Shown here: piece by piece, positions 25,155-38,700 of the stretch | Numbering within the stretch: the stretch's first letter is position 1 | Layout: the number at the start of each line of letters is the position of its first letter | From: Octopus vulgaris | Taxonomy: Eukaryota | Assembly: GCA_951406725.2 (NCBI GenBank) | Contig: OX597818.1 | Span: 106,144,001-106,208,000 of the forward strand | Reading direction: 5' to 3' | Length of the DNA stretch: 64,000 nucleotides | Translations under genes and position numbers: made by a program | Notes under the pieces: model-generated | Seen by the model: the letters and a program-made list of their open reading frames with translations, nothing else | Told to the model about the DNA's origin: nothing | Databases searched by the model: none

Positions 25155-27151
25155 CAAAAAATATCTGGCAGTGTCAGCTATAGCCTGGACACCTGTATAG
25201 TTAACCAGGTGATACAGGAAGGAGTCATACCCAATGACTGGTGTAGCAGCATAATAGTCAACTGCTACAAAGATAAAGGTGACACTTTAGATACAAATAA
25301 TTACAGAGGTATCAAGCTGTTGGATCAGGTAATGAAGATCATGGAGGGGGTCATAGCCAAACTAATTAGGGAGAGAGTCAGTTTGGGTTCGTGCTAGGGA
25401 AAAGCACCACTGATGCTATATTTCTGGTAAGACAGCTGCAGGCCATGTACAGGGACGCTGTCAGTAAGGTGAGGGTTGGCAACGAGTACAGTGAAGAATT
25501 CCAGGTAGCAGTAGGGGTCCACCAGGCTTCACTCCTGAACCCCCTCCTATTTATCATAGTCCACCAGACAATAACGGAGAAATTCAAGACAGGAGGCACC
25601 TGGGAGCTCCTCTATGCTGATGACCTTGTTCTAATTGCTGACTCAGAACTAGAGAAGTTTCAGGTGTGGAAAAATGGTTTATAATCGAAGGGCCTTAGAG
25701 TCAACCTAACTAAAACCAAAGTCCTAATAAGTAGGAAGGCAGGCAAACCACAAATCCCTTTAGGTAGATGGCCCTGCTCGATCTGTAGAAAAGGTGTAGG
25801 TAGAAACTCTATAAGATGTACCCAGTGTAAGCTACAGACACATAAGAGATGCAGCAACATCGAAGGAAGGCTAACTGGGAGGATAGTTTTTGTACGTGGC
25901 AGATGCTTGGGAGCTATAAATAACACTGAAAATATGCAGAGCACAACTTCCGTCACATTCCAGGGAGAAAAACTAGAAGTAGTTGATAGCTTCCATTGCC
26001 TAGGTGACCAAGTCAGTAGCGGGGGGAGGGTGCGCTGAAAGTGTAGCTGCTAGAATAATAGCCTGGGCTAAGTTCAGAGAGCTCTGGCCTCTGCTGGAGA
26101 CAAAGGGCCTCTCGCTCAGAGTAAAAGGTAGACTGTATGACGCATGTGTACAAACAACCATGCTACATGGCAGTGAAACATGGGCTGTGACTGCTGAGGA
26201 CATGCATAAGCCCGCAAGGAATGAAGCCAGTATGATCTGATGGATGTGTAATGTCAGTGTGCATACTCGATAGAGTATTAGTGCCTTGAGAGAAAGGTTG
26301 GACCTAAGAAGCATCAGATGTGGTGTGCAAGAGAGATGACTGCACTGGTATGGTCATGTGGCGAGAATGGATGTGGATAGTTGTGTGAAAAAGTGTCACA
26401 CCCTAGCAGTTGATGGAACCTGTGGAAGAGGTAGACCCAGGAAGACCTAGGATGAGGTGGTGAAGCACAACCTTCAAACATTGGGCCTCACTGAGGCAAT
26501 GACTAGTGACCGGGACCTTTGGAAATATGCTGTGCTTGAGAAGACTCAGCAAGCGCAAGTGAGACCATAACCCTGTGGCCTATGCCAGGGATGTAACAAG
26601 TTCGCTTATGCGTGCCTTTCCTTCATTGGACACTAAATTCTGCTTGCGAAGACCAGTTGAGGCAAGTGAAATCAAAATCAAACTCGGTGACTGGCATCTG
26701 TTGCTAGTGAAGCGCTAAGAGTACCATACAAGTGAGATCGTTGCCAGAGCAAGAAGCTGGTCTCCATGCCAATGGCACGTTAAAAACTCCATTCGAGCGT
26801 GATCGTTACCTGCGTTGCCTTACTAGCACATGTGCTGGTGACATGTAAAAAAAAAACTTTCAAGCGAGGTTGTTGCCAGTGTTGCTGGACTGGCTCCTGT
26901 GCAGGTGGCACATGAAAAGCACCATTTGAGCATGGCCATTGCCAGTAACACCTAACTGTCCCTCGTGCTGGTGGCACGTAAAAGCACCCACTACACTCTC
27001 GGAGTGGTTGGCATTAAGAAGGGCATCCAGCTGTAGAAACTCTACCAGATCAGATTGGAGTCTGGTGCAGCCATCTGGTTCGCCAGACCTCAGTCAAATC
27101 GTCCAACCCATGCTAGCATGGAAAGCAGACGTTAAACGATGATGATGATGA
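25155..27151 (+). mobile_element. RTE LINE, 5'-truncated with internal deletions (copy C)
   Basis: NNYRGIKLLDQVMK, LYADD, HGSETW; (GAT)n tail at ~27140. Lies in the last ROPN1L intron. Confidence 0.92.
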
Positions 27152-27399
27152 AGAGGACAATGAAGGACTTAGCTGTATGTGCACTTGTCAATGTGATGAA
27201 GTAAATAATAAATATTTATATGTATTACAGAGCATGTAGTAGGAAAACCTAAAAGAACACTTTTAAGACTTTAACTATGGAACTTGAAGCAGGTGAAAAT
27301 ATATCCTGTTGCTCACTTTGCATAAAGGAAAATAAAGATATTTCACAGTTTGTTGACCAGTAGGATATTTATCTGTTTTTAGCCAACACCTGAATGTTA

Positions 27400-28800
27400 C
27401 ACCAACAATAGATTACACCAATCAATAGATTGATTCAAGACAAGCCAAACACATGAAATGAGAAGTTGAAAGCTTGTAACATGAGACACATCGAGATTGA
27501 ACATCCACATGTGAAGACAGTTGTCCCCATCAATATGCACTGTTTATGCTGAAACCTTTGTTTAAACAAAAATTTCAACTTTCCAATTGCCATCAAGTGG
27601 TTGCTATACTTAACACGCTGTACTCCCATCTGAGAGGTAACTTTGAAAAGACTTAAAACTCAGGTTGAGAAGTTGAAATGGAAATTAAGACATACACTAA
27701 GAAAACCAAGTTTCTCAAAACAAACATCTTGAATGGGATAAAAAAAAAAAGGAGCTACGACAACACTACTAAGTGATACGAATATAATCGTACTACTAGT
27801 AGACAAAGGCAAAGTATCTGTGGCGATGAAAAGGCTGGAACATGCAAATAATAGCCAGACTCACTAAGGACAATTTATAAAAATAATGAATGATCTGACT
27901 CTGATAATCAAAAGAAAGCTATCATAAATGAACAAAGATCATTTGACATTGACTGAATAGAGATAGTTGAATCAACATTACAGTAGGTTAACACATACTT
28001 ACAATCTTCTCAGAATTCACAAAGATAGTATTCCAAGAGGACCAGTGGTGAGATATCAGAGCTCACCGTCATCTGTGGTGCAGATTCTTGGTAGATAAAA
28101 TCACCCTGTGATATACAGAGGTCACAAGTTACCTTCACCTGACAACAATGTTTATTTCCACTAATCATACAAAGAAAAGATTTGCCCACAGCCCAGAACA
28201 CAGAGCAAAAGTCATAAGTGATAATCCAGATACATAACAATAAAAGATGATAAGGTATGTAAAAATTCAGAATAACAACCACCCTGCAAGCTTTGGTATC
28301 ATTTCTAAAAGCAAAGATATCATAATCAAGAATATTTGCCATCTTATATCAGAAACTTGTTAGAAATAAATTGAGACCTGAGATTTATACAGCAGTCGGA
28401 CAGTATTAAAGAGTAGATTTACCTTTCAGCATTACGTTTTCCCAAACAAAGCATCCACCAGAAAAGATTATGACCAACAGCTCTCTATATCCTGCCCCAT
28501 GCAATTGTAGCAGTAAATCTAAAGTTGAGACCAGCCACTTATTAAAAGTAAAGCTAGAGGAACATTATAAAACAGTAATCAGTTGAGATGGAAAAAAATC
28601 AGACCTGAAGTATTATTTGTGGAGGCTGAAGAGAAATTGTAAACTCTCATTCTCTCCACGAAAGAAGCAATAAGCAGGCTATAAAAAAATAGTAACTGCA
28701 CAACACCTTCTTCATGATGAGCCAGTGAGGGAGGTCATCAAATCTTCAAATCACATTCTTTCAATAAAGGAAAGGCCATAGTGGATATTGTAATCTGAGA
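27400..28800 (+). mobile_element. Highly decayed Penelope-like element
   Basis: Remnants resembling DKGK..V.M (27802) and IHKDSIP.GPVV...SSP (28013), followed by a GIY-YIG-like L..KLEEHYK..KKSDLKYYLW (~28540). Confidence 0.5.
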
Positions 28801-28956
28801 TGAGCCATATGCAAAAGTAGGAAAGAAGAGTTACCTCCCTTTCAATAATTCTTGCTGAGGCTAAAATGGGGCAGTTTGTGTGCATTTTTTCTCCAGTTCT
28901 CTGACCACGTTTCTAAAAGATGAATTTTCTGACATAAGGATGTCATCTAAGAATTT

Positions 28957-29197
28957 CAAAAGCACCAGCTGATCGTGGCCGTTGCCAGCCTCCCCTGGCA
29001 TCTGTGCTGGTGGCACGTAAAAAGCACCCACTACACTTATGGAGTGTTTGGCGTTAGGAAGGGCATCCAGCTGTAGAAACACTGCCAGATCAGACTGGAG
29101 CCTGGTGCAGCCTCCTGGCTTCCCAAACCCTGGTCGAACCGTCCAACCCATGCTAGCATGGAAAATGGACGTTAAACGATGACGATGATGATGATGA
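28957..29197 (+). mobile_element. RTE 3' end fragment
   Basis: Same terminal sequence as copy A, with (GAT)n tail. Confidence 0.85.
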
Positions 29198-29214
29198 ATT
29201 CAATAAGGCATCCA

Positions 29215-29470
29215 GATCATATATATTTTTAGGATCATTATCCTTTCAGCCAAGCAACATTTGCACCGTCTCCTTCTGTTGAGGTTTGGCCCAGGTTGTT
29301 CCAGCAGCTTCCAGTCAATTTTGTATGGCGTTCCTTCTTCTTTTAATCCCCATATATAGCTTATTAATGGCTTACTGTTGCACCTCTCTGGGATTCTCAA
29401 AGAGGACCTGTAGTTATTTAGTCTGGCCTACAAGGGGCCCTCCATTACTCCATTATGTTTCTGTGTACAC
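29215..29470 (-). mobile_element. Penelope-like GIY-YIG endonuclease C-terminal fragment
   Basis: LISYIWGLKEEGTPYKIDWKLLEQ...RRCKCCLAERIMIL matches the PLE pattern LS.YIW.LK....I.W.I....C.LCL.EK..I. Confidence 0.7.
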
Positions 29471-29790
29471 CTATCCATTATTGCTGCTGCTGTTGCTGAT
29501 ATATATATATATATATATATATATCATCATCATTAATTTAACATTCACTTTTCTATGCTCACATGGGTTGGATAGAATTTTTTGAGAATCCTTTCTACAG
29601 CTGGATGCCCTTTCTGTTTGTTAATCTTTTCCTGCTTTCATAAAATATTATTTTCCCCCATGACTAGACATATTTTCACAAAAACTTGGAAACAAATGAT
29701 ACTGCTTGGCTTACAACTATTACACATTGCCAGTTGTACATGCAAGTGATGTAGCAGTTGTATATGTATGTATATATTACTGTTTCTATA

Positions 29791-29832
<42 letters not shown>

Positions 29833-29950
29833 TACACACAAACAATATTTTTATGTATATTATCAGGGATCCCTACATGGCTAATTATGATCCTGTTAAT
29901 TAATATTGGTGTAGCCCCAAAGAAAATATTAAAATTTTAAATATAACAAA

Positions 29951-30778
29951 TTTTATTTTGATGTTGATGTACTTGACTCAATAGTTTTCCTCACGCACAG
30001 CAGGTCATGTGCCACCGGCACAAAAGCCAGTCAAGGCAGCGCTGGCATTGGCCACGTTCGGATGGTGCTTTTTACATGCCACTGGTACAGGTATCACAAC
30101 TACAATTTCCATTCGATATTTATTTTGATGTTGACATACTTGACTCGATAGGTCTCCTCAAGCACAGCAGGTCACCCTACGTTCCAAGGTAAGCACAGCA
30201 GATCGTTCTGCAATCCAAGGTACTTTGGATGGGCTTGGGCTAAGCAAAACTGGTGCAGGAAGCAGCCATGAACTCACACTATTTGTCAGGGCTTTGCAGT
30301 CATAGCATATCTCCAGAGATCTCGGTCAAAATAAATATCAAATGGAAATTGTAGTTGTGATACCTGTGCCGGTGGCATGTAAAAAGCACCATCCGAACGT
30401 GGCCGTAGCCAGTGCCGCCTTGACTGGCTTCTGTGCCTGTGTCACATGACCTGCTGTGCTTGAGGAGACCTATTGAGTCAAGTACATCAACATTAAAATA
30501 AATATCAAATGGAAATTGTAGTTATGATACCTGTGCCGATGGCACATAAAAAGCACCATCCGAATGTGGCCGATGCCAGCGCCACCTTGACTGGCTTCTG
30601 TGCCAGTGGCAGGTAAAAAGCTACTCTCACGGAGTAGTTGGTGTTAGGAAGGGCATCCAGCTGTAGAAACACTGCCAGATCAAACTGGAGCCTGATGCTG
30701 CCTTCTGGCATCCCAGACCCCTGTCGAACCGTCCAACCCATGCTAGCACGGAAAATGGACATTAAACAATGATGATGA
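29951..30778. mobile_element. Rearranged RTE 3'UTR with internal inversion and duplication
   Basis: 29951-30325 is RTE 3' sequence in - orientation; 30326-30778 is in + orientation and ends in (GAT)n. Confidence 0.85.
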
Positions 30779-31089
30779 ACAAATGTAATCATAACTCTAA
30801 CATTTGGAACAAATATTAAGCTAAACTGGATTTAACATATCCTTTCTTTTCGTGTCATATCTAAAAAAAACTGCTAATCCATTACCCAAAGTAATTCAAA
30901 TATTAATCTTATCCTAAAATATTTATCAATTTAATAAAATTTAAATATAATTAATTTGAATGAAATTGAATTAAATAATAAAACGTTTGTACACTTTGAT
31001 TGTCTAATTAAGAAATAAATCATGCATGTAATTAGGCTTACATTTACTGAAATTTAATTACATTATTCTCATCTTGAAATCTATTTCAG

Positions 31090-31165
31090 AAATAAAAATA
31101 ATGGCTTTGTGCAACCAAGTTTTTTCAAAGCCAGTGACTGTCCTACTTGGTCCATGAAAGACTGA
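31090..31165 (+). CDS. ROPN1L: Ropporin-1-like, final coding exon
   Basis: ctatttcag| (A)NKNNGFVQPSFFKASDCPTWSMKD* phase-compatible with exon 4. The KNG-like motif aligns with the ROPN1L C-terminus; total ~225 aa. Confidence 0.85.
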
Positions 31166-31199
31166 TTTAATGAAAAGAAAAAGCAATATATGATTGATA

Positions 31200-31205
31200 A
31201 ATAAA
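31200..31205 (+). terminator. Polyadenylation signal of ROPN1L
   Basis: AATAAA ~35 nt after the stop codon, followed by T-rich sequence. Confidence 0.55.
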
Positions 31206-32534
31206 CTGAAGATTATATATATGTAAATTTTGAATTTTTATTTTTTATTTAAATATTAAAAAATTTTTTATTTATTATTAAACATTTTTTATTTAAATAT
31301 TTTCTTACAATATGAAATTTTTGAAAGCTTTCTATGTTTTCAGTGAATATCATCATCATCATTTAATGTCCACCTGCCATGTTGGCATGGGTTGGACAGC
31401 TTGACAGCAGCTGGTCAGGCATGGTTTTTATGGCTGGATGCCCTTCCTGCAGAGTGGACTGAGTGCTTTTTATGTGGCACCAGCACAAGTGAGGTCAGTT
31501 TTGGCATGGTTTTACAACTGGATGCCCTTCCAAGTGTCACCAAATAACTTGGAAGACAAGGAATTTTTGAGAGGGGAGGGGACATTGGAGCAGGTGCTCT
31601 TGTGTCAGATGATGAAAGGTTAGAGTGTGACAAGGAGACAGAAGTAGCATCATTTCAACATCCTCTTCTCTATACTTGCATGGGTTGGATGGAATTTATT
31701 GATGGTCAGATGCCCTTTTTATCACTAATATTCTAACATTATGCAAAAGTCTATGCAATTGTTGATTTGTGAAGTGTCATTGACATTTTATTGAATTCAA
31801 CTCTTCAGAATTAGGCATAAAAGTTATTGCTACATAATACAGCAATATTCATGACATTGATATTAGATGGAAACTATTGTAATGAAATTATTTGCTCACT
31901 CCATATATATATATATCATCAGTCAATCATAAATTTGAAATAGAAGCACACTCTAAGTTATAGACCAGTAGAGTTATTAAATAAAGATAGTTATGGCCAG
32001 TCTATGGGGTTACCATGGGTTTCACATTCATAAAGCACTTAGCTTTATGTCATTTCTTCAGACCCCAGTGTCCAGTGGTCTATAACCTCTCTTCAAAGTA
32101 GATGGAGAAAAGATCTCATAGCTATTTTTTGAATGGAAAGACAAAGGGTGAAGTGTGAGGGAATGTCTCCCTTAAACTGTTATCTGTAGCTGACGTGGTC
32201 AGCTTGTGAGTTCCAGCACTTCAGAACTCATGTTAAAGTAGCTATGAATATTACTTGTCACTACAACTACTGCATTGATCTCTTAGATTTTAGAACTAGC
32301 TTTTTTGCATGTTGCAAAATCAGCAATTGTGCATTCGCTTCAAATATATATATTGCATGCAGAAGCGAGCTGCTATCATCTCTAGCAGAGGAGATGTCCA
32401 GTACTGAGGAGTGGCTACAAATATTACATAATGTATATGTGTGTGTGTGTGTATATATACATATATATGTATGTATGTGTATATATATATGTATGTATGT
32501 GTATATATATATATATGTATGTATGTGTGTATAT

Positions 32535-33915
32535 ATCATCTTCATCATCATCGTTTAACGTCCGCTTTCCATGCTGGCATGGGTCGGACAATTTGACCGA
32601 GGACTGGCAAACCAGATGGCTGCACCAGGGTCCAATCTTGATCTGGCAGAATTTCTACAGCTGGATGCTCTTCCTAATGCCAACCACTCCGAGAGTGTAG
32701 TGGGTGCTTTTATGTGCCACCGGCATGGGGGCCTGTCAGGCAGTACTGGCAACGACCTCACTCAAATCTTTTTACACATGCCCCTGGCACAGGTACCAGT
32801 AAGGCGATACTGGTACAGATCATGCCCTCAAGTGGTGCCTTTCACGTGCCACCAGCACGGAAGCCAGTTAGCTGCTCTGGCACGATCACGCTCGGATGGT
32901 GCTCTTAGCACCGTACTAGCATGGGGCTCAAGTGCCAGTAAGGCGATGCTGGTAATGATCACACTCAAATGGCGCCTTTTATGTACCACTGGCACAGAAA
33001 CTGGTTAGTCACTCTGTCAACAATCACACTCGTATGGTGCTTTTTTTCACCCCGCTAGCACGAATGCCAATCATCGATTTTGATTTTGATTTTGATTTTT
33101 GCTTTCACTCGCCTCAACAGGTCTTCGCAAGCAGTGTTCAATGAAGGGAAGGTACGCATAAGTGGGCTGGTTATGCCCCTGGCATAGGCCACGAGGTTAT
33201 GGTCACATTTGGCTTCCCGGGTCTTCACAATCACAGCATATTTCCAAAAGTCTCGGTCAGTAGTCATTTCCTTGGTGAGGCCTAAAGTTCAAAGGTCGTG
33301 CTTCACCACTTCATCCTGCCCAGGCTATTCTTTTTCTAGCAGCTACACTTTCAGCACATCCTCCCCTCGCTACTGACTTGGTCACCAAGGTAACGGAAGC
33401 TATCAACTACTTCTAGTTTTTCTCTCTGGAATGTGGTGGAAGTTGTTCACTGCGCATTTTCAGTGTTTATTGCTCCTGAGCATCTGGCACATACAAAAAC
33501 TATCTTCCCAGTTAGCCTTCCTTTGATATTACTGCACCTCTTATGTGTCCATAGATTACACTGGGTACATCTTATAGAGTTTCTACTTATGCCTCTACTA
33601 CAGATCGAGCAGGGCCATCTACCTGAAGGGATTTGTGGTTTGTTTGCCTTCCTACTTACTAAGACTTTGGTTTTAGTTAGGTTGACTCTAAGGCCCTTCG
33701 ATTCTAATCCTTGTTTCCATACTTGAAACTTCTCTTCTAGTTCTGATAGTGACTCAGCAATTAGAGCAAGGTCGTCAGCATAGAGGAGCTCCCAGGGGCA
33801 TCCTGTCTTGAATTCCTCTGTTATTGCTTGGCGGGCTATGATAAATAGGAGGGGGCTGAGGACTGAACCTTGGTAGACCCCTACCTCTACCCTGAATTCT
33901 TCAGTGTACTCGTTC
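32535..33915 (-). mobile_element. RTE LINE 3' part, internally deleted (copy D)
   Basis: ORF 33447-33956 with QGSVLSP and LYADD; (ATC)n tail on + at ~32540. Confidence 0.92.
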
Positions 33916-34161
33916 ACATATATATATATGTGTGTGTGTATGTATATATACGTCAAGAATAACTATTGTTTCTTTCAAAAGTGACAAAGGTTTAATAGGA
34001 CTGCAAAAAAGAAGTGCTCAAATAAATGAGGCAAGGATAATTAAACATTGGTTATAGTACAAACATTAAAATGAGTTAACGACTATATACGGTATCAAAC
34101 CACAAACATACATCATATCATCAATAAATATTACCATGGCTTTCATAATATATAAATCAAA

Positions 34162-34396
34162 GTAAGGCGGCGAGCTGGCAGATACATTAGCATGCCAGGC
34201 GAAGTGCTTAGCCATATTTTGTATGCCATTATGTTCTGAGTTCAAATTCCACCGAGGTTGACTTTGCCTTTCATCCTTTCGGGGTCAATTAAATAAGTAC
34301 CAGTTACACACTAGGGTCGATGTTATTGACTTAAACCCTTTGTCTATCCTTGTTTGTCCTCTCTATGTTTAACCTCCTGTGGGCAATAAAGAAATA
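34162..34396 (+). mobile_element. tRNA-derived CORE-type SINE with 15-bp TSD
   Basis: A-box-like tggcagatacattag, B-box gagttcaaattcc, CORE-like gcctttcatcctttcggggtc..aagtacc, A-rich tail. TSD aatatataaatcaaa at 34147-34161 and 34397-34411. Confidence 0.9.
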
Positions 34397-34725
34397 AATA
34401 TATAAATCAAAATATATAAGACACACAAATACAGAAAACTACCAAGGTAAAAATATACATATATGCAAAAAAAAAAAAAAAGAACGTTTAGGAACACCCT
34501 ATCAAAAGACCACTAAAAATTTATAAAATACTTTAAAATACTAAATATATGTCTTGCTGAAAAAGTTGAGAAAGCGGGTAAACAAATAAAGAATAAATCA
34601 ACTAAAACGTTATATTTACTTCACTCACACCAAAAGGTAATAATCCATGAATAAAGATTTTTTTTTTCTAATAAAAAAATACGTCCACACAGAATATAAT
34701 TTGTTCACCAATTAAACTAAACACA

Positions 34726-34807
34726 TCATCTATGGCCATTTCGGGAGCACATCACCATAGCTAGCAGTTGATGCATATCATGGCAATGGCTCCCGTCATC
34801 AGGATGA
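34726..34807 (-). ncRNA. Type I hammerhead ribozyme
   Basis: UCAUC-CUGAUGA-c-GGGAGC..GCUCCC-GAAA-U-GGCC-A-UA^-GAUGA: all core nucleotides, 5-bp stem I, long stem II, palindromic minimal stem III. Confidence 0.85.
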
Positions 34808-34898
34808 AAAGAGTGATAGAACACATATACAAAACCAGGACAACCTTATCATACCGCAAGCCTACTTTATTACTTAGAAGGGAAAAAAACGTTGTCTA

Positions 34899-35287
34899 TC
34901 TATATATATAAAAGTGAAGTTGTGTGAGTGTCTGTCTCCTACGATTTAGATTCCTAACTACTCCCACATTTTGCGGTGCAGTTTAACCAAAACCGGGTAT
35001 CTTATAGTCGTGATTCATATCGAGCCCTTCTGGGTATTAGCGCGCATCTACGATGAGTCTACGATTTAAAAAAAAATTTACCATAATTTTTTCCATTTTA
35101 ATGCATTTTTCGTTATTATATAAGGGAAGTAACTCTCTAAAAATGTCTACGATGAGTCAACGATTTAAAAAAAAAATTACCATCATTTTTTTTTCCATTT
35201 TTAATGCATTTTTTGCTATAACTCTCTAAAAATGCTTATATAGTTATTTCCCTTACAAACCCGAGCAACGCCGGGCGATACTGCTAG
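34899..35287 (+). mobile_element. Non-autonomous Helitron
   Basis: A|TCtatatatataaaa 5' end, subterminal hairpin CCCGAGCAACGCCGGG (35260-35275), 3' CTAG|T, no TSD. Internal ~100-bp tandem duplication. Confidence 0.88.
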
Positions 35288-35595
35288 TTTCTAATAAAGC
35301 TAAAAATATAAGATGTAAGCCAGAATAAAGCAGAAAACACCCACAAAAATTAAAGTTACAGATTTATCTCCCCTATACTGCAAAGTAACTGAGTGAACAA
35401 TTATCTCCCCTTACAGTATTTTTTCCCTAGCAATTTTATCTCTTTCAACTCTCAGTTTCATGAGCAATGCGAAACTGGTCCTTACTTCAATTATTTTGAA
35501 AGAACAACTTATTTTGTATAAAATTTTATATCTTTATTATCATGGCTGTAATATATTCTTAAATCCTGTAAAACAAGTCTGTGTTTTTCGTCTTA

Positions 35596-35609
35596 TGTCT
35601 CTGTCTGTC

Positions 35610-35696
<87 letters not shown>
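35596..35696. repeat. Compound microsatellite (CTGT)n(CT)n(TA)n(TG)n
   Basis: Read directly. Confidence 0.95.
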
Positions 35697-35703
<7 letters not shown>

Positions 35704-35704
35704 G

Positions 35705-38700
35705 AGTAATTTTTTGCCTCCTCTTCGGAGACAAACGTAACCGACATTGAGCCGTATTTCTTTCCTGTGCAGAAGGTGGTTACCTTCTTTATTTCTTGGA
35801 GACATTTTCCCACCTCCTCCTGCATCGCCATTTCTATCCTCTTTGACGTCAGGGACGACGTTCTGTAAACGATTTATTTCTTCCGCGCTTTTATAACTTC
35901 CTCTTTGGATTTATAATACCCTTTTCCTGTATATCATCATCTGAAATCCAGATATAAACTACTGTCCTTGAATGCCCGTAGTTTATGCAACAAGGTGCAT
36001 CTTTTTGTCTCCTACGTCAAAAGTATCAACCCAGATTTCATCACAGTCACGGAAACATGGGCACACTCTGCACTCTGTGATGGAGTTTTCAGCATAACCG
36101 GCTACAACCTGTTCCGCAAAGACCGCATTAATCGCCGTGGAGTGGGTGTGATGATTTATGTTCGATCAAATCTATCGGCAATCCCCTGTGATGATTTGAA
36201 CCAATCTCAGCAGGAAGTATTTTTCTGCAATATACACATGACCATGTCAACACTTCTGCTCGGAGTCGTTTACCGTCCTCCAAATTATCGCCAAGACGCA
36301 CAGCTTTTTGATATCCTCAGAGCTGCTGCCATGAAAACAGCCACATATGTGTATATTGCGGGCGACTTCAATTTCCCTGAGATTGACTGGGAGGCCTTCC
36401 GTTGGCCGCAAAGTGCAGACGATTTCCTTGAACTGGTGCTGAATTCAAATTGGTCCCAAGTTGTTACCTCCCCCACAAGGGGTAACAACACTTTGGATCT
36501 GCTACTTACCGCTTCTCCTGAAACAATCATTAGTGTCACTACCGAAGAACCTTTAGGTGACTCTGATCATTCCATGATCATGGCCGACTTGCCTCTGATT
36601 GGTTGTAACAAAAAACACAACCATCTTCAGACTGCCTGCTTTGACTGGAATAAAGCAAACTGGAGCTCTTATTGTACTGAGCTGCAACGCCCAAACTGGC
36701 GCGAATTTTATGCCTCTGGAGATGTGGACACTATACTCCAGAACATTCTGAATTCAATATGGGCAGCATGTGCAGCATCAGTACCACGCAAGCACAAAAA
36801 ACATCCAGTAGTGCAATTTGGGAGACTGCAGCAGTCCGACTTGCCAGGAAAGAACGCTGTAATGCTGAACAAGAATACAAATTGCACAAATCAGAGAGCA
36901 ACAGGAAAAAGCGCAATAGGCCAGCCAACCACCTCAAGCAGGTGACAAAAAAGGCAGTGCTTGAATTTGAACAACGCATTGTAGCTAACCCTGACAGCAA
37001 AGTGTTCTGGAAGTATGTGCACTCAAAGCAGAGACCCCGCTCTCCAGTTGGTCCCCTTCGCAATCCCCACACAGAACAGATTACTGGCAATCCCGAAGAA
37101 TGTGCAGAAATCATTGCTGGATGCTATGCCGGCATCTTTACTGTCGAAGACCAAAATGTTCCATCTTCATCATCACTGACATCGGACTCTAAATCTACTA
37201 TGCAATTTACACCAGCAATGCTGCAACGCCACCTTAAGAATAAACGCAATTATGCCTCTCCTGGTCTCGATGGTGTTACATACCTACTTCTCAAACGCGG
37301 TGGGTACTTTCTTCTAAGTCAAAGCCAACTTTCTCTATTCTTCCAATTCTGTCTTGACAATGGTGTTACTCCAGAACAGTGGAAAACTGCCAGTGTCATC
37401 CCTCTGTTCAAAAAAGGCGACCGCACATCGCCTGTCAACTATCGCCCCGTCAGTCTTACTAGCTGCATCGCCAAACTGATGGAATCCTGTATCAGAGAAG
37501 ACCTTTGGATCTTCTGGAAGTCTCACAGCCTCATCCAGCCGTCACAATTCGGATTTATTCCTAACTCCAGCTGCTGTAATCAACTCATCGAGTTTCTTGA
37601 GGACGTTACCCAAATCACTGATCGCAGATCGTGGGTAGATGTTGTTTACCTGGACTTTGCTAAGGCTTTTAACTCTGTGCCACACAAAAGACTTATGGTG
37701 AAGCTTTCTGCGTTGGGTGTAAGAGACGAACTCTATAACTGGTTGAAGTCCTTTATTTTCAGCCGAAAAGAGGTTGTCACAGTTCTAGGACAGCACTCTT
37801 CGCCCTATGAGATGACATCTGGTGTACCACAGGGATCTGTTCTTGGCCCCCTTTTATTTGTTGCATATGTTAATGACATAGGTGCCAACTTAATGAATGC
37901 CACAGTGCTGAAATATGCAGATGACATCAAGCTGTACCTCGAAATAAAGAGGTCAAATCCTGTACACTATAGATCTCTATTGCAAGCAGACCTGGACACA
38001 ATGCAGCAGTGGATCATGGACTGGCAACTCAAGCTGGCTGTGGACAAATGTACCACCATGCATTTTGGGAGGAGAAACCCAGCGTCCACCTACTCCCTCC
38101 ACAACACTAGTCTCAAAAAGTCTTCATGTGAACGTGACCTGGGTGTTATTGTCGACAGTGATTTGTGTTGGACAAAGCACATCGCTAAAATTGTCAAGAA
38201 GGCTGAGGGTGTCTTGGCATCACTCACCAAATCCTTTGTGAGCCGCTCTCCGGCTATCTATCTGCGGCTCTATATAGCTATGGTAAGACCTCACCTGGAA
38301 TTTGCATCACCGGTCTGGAACCCCTATCTTGCCCAGGATATCAATCGTCTGGAAGCTGTTCAGCGACGTGCAACCAAAAGAATACCCTCCATCAGGCATT
38401 TGCCATATCCTGAACGCCTTACTTCCCTGGGCATGGACACATTGAAACTCCGACGTCTGGCAGCTGACTTGGCAGACACCCATAAAATTATCAACCATCG
38501 TACAAACAATAACTCTGAGTACCTTTTCAAACTCCACCCATCTAACACCCGTGGACATATTTACAAAGTAAGAAAACAGCACAGCTCCCATGACTTCAGG
38601 AAACATTTTTTCACACTGAGAGTTGCTGAAGCATGGAACAAACTGCCGGCATCAGTTGTTAGTTGTCGGAGCACTGCATCCTTCAAAACTTCCATGCTTT

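Noticed and set aside
32244-32420. Possible - strand terminal exon
   Set aside because: Weak acceptor beside a microsatellite and no recognisable peptide in any frame.
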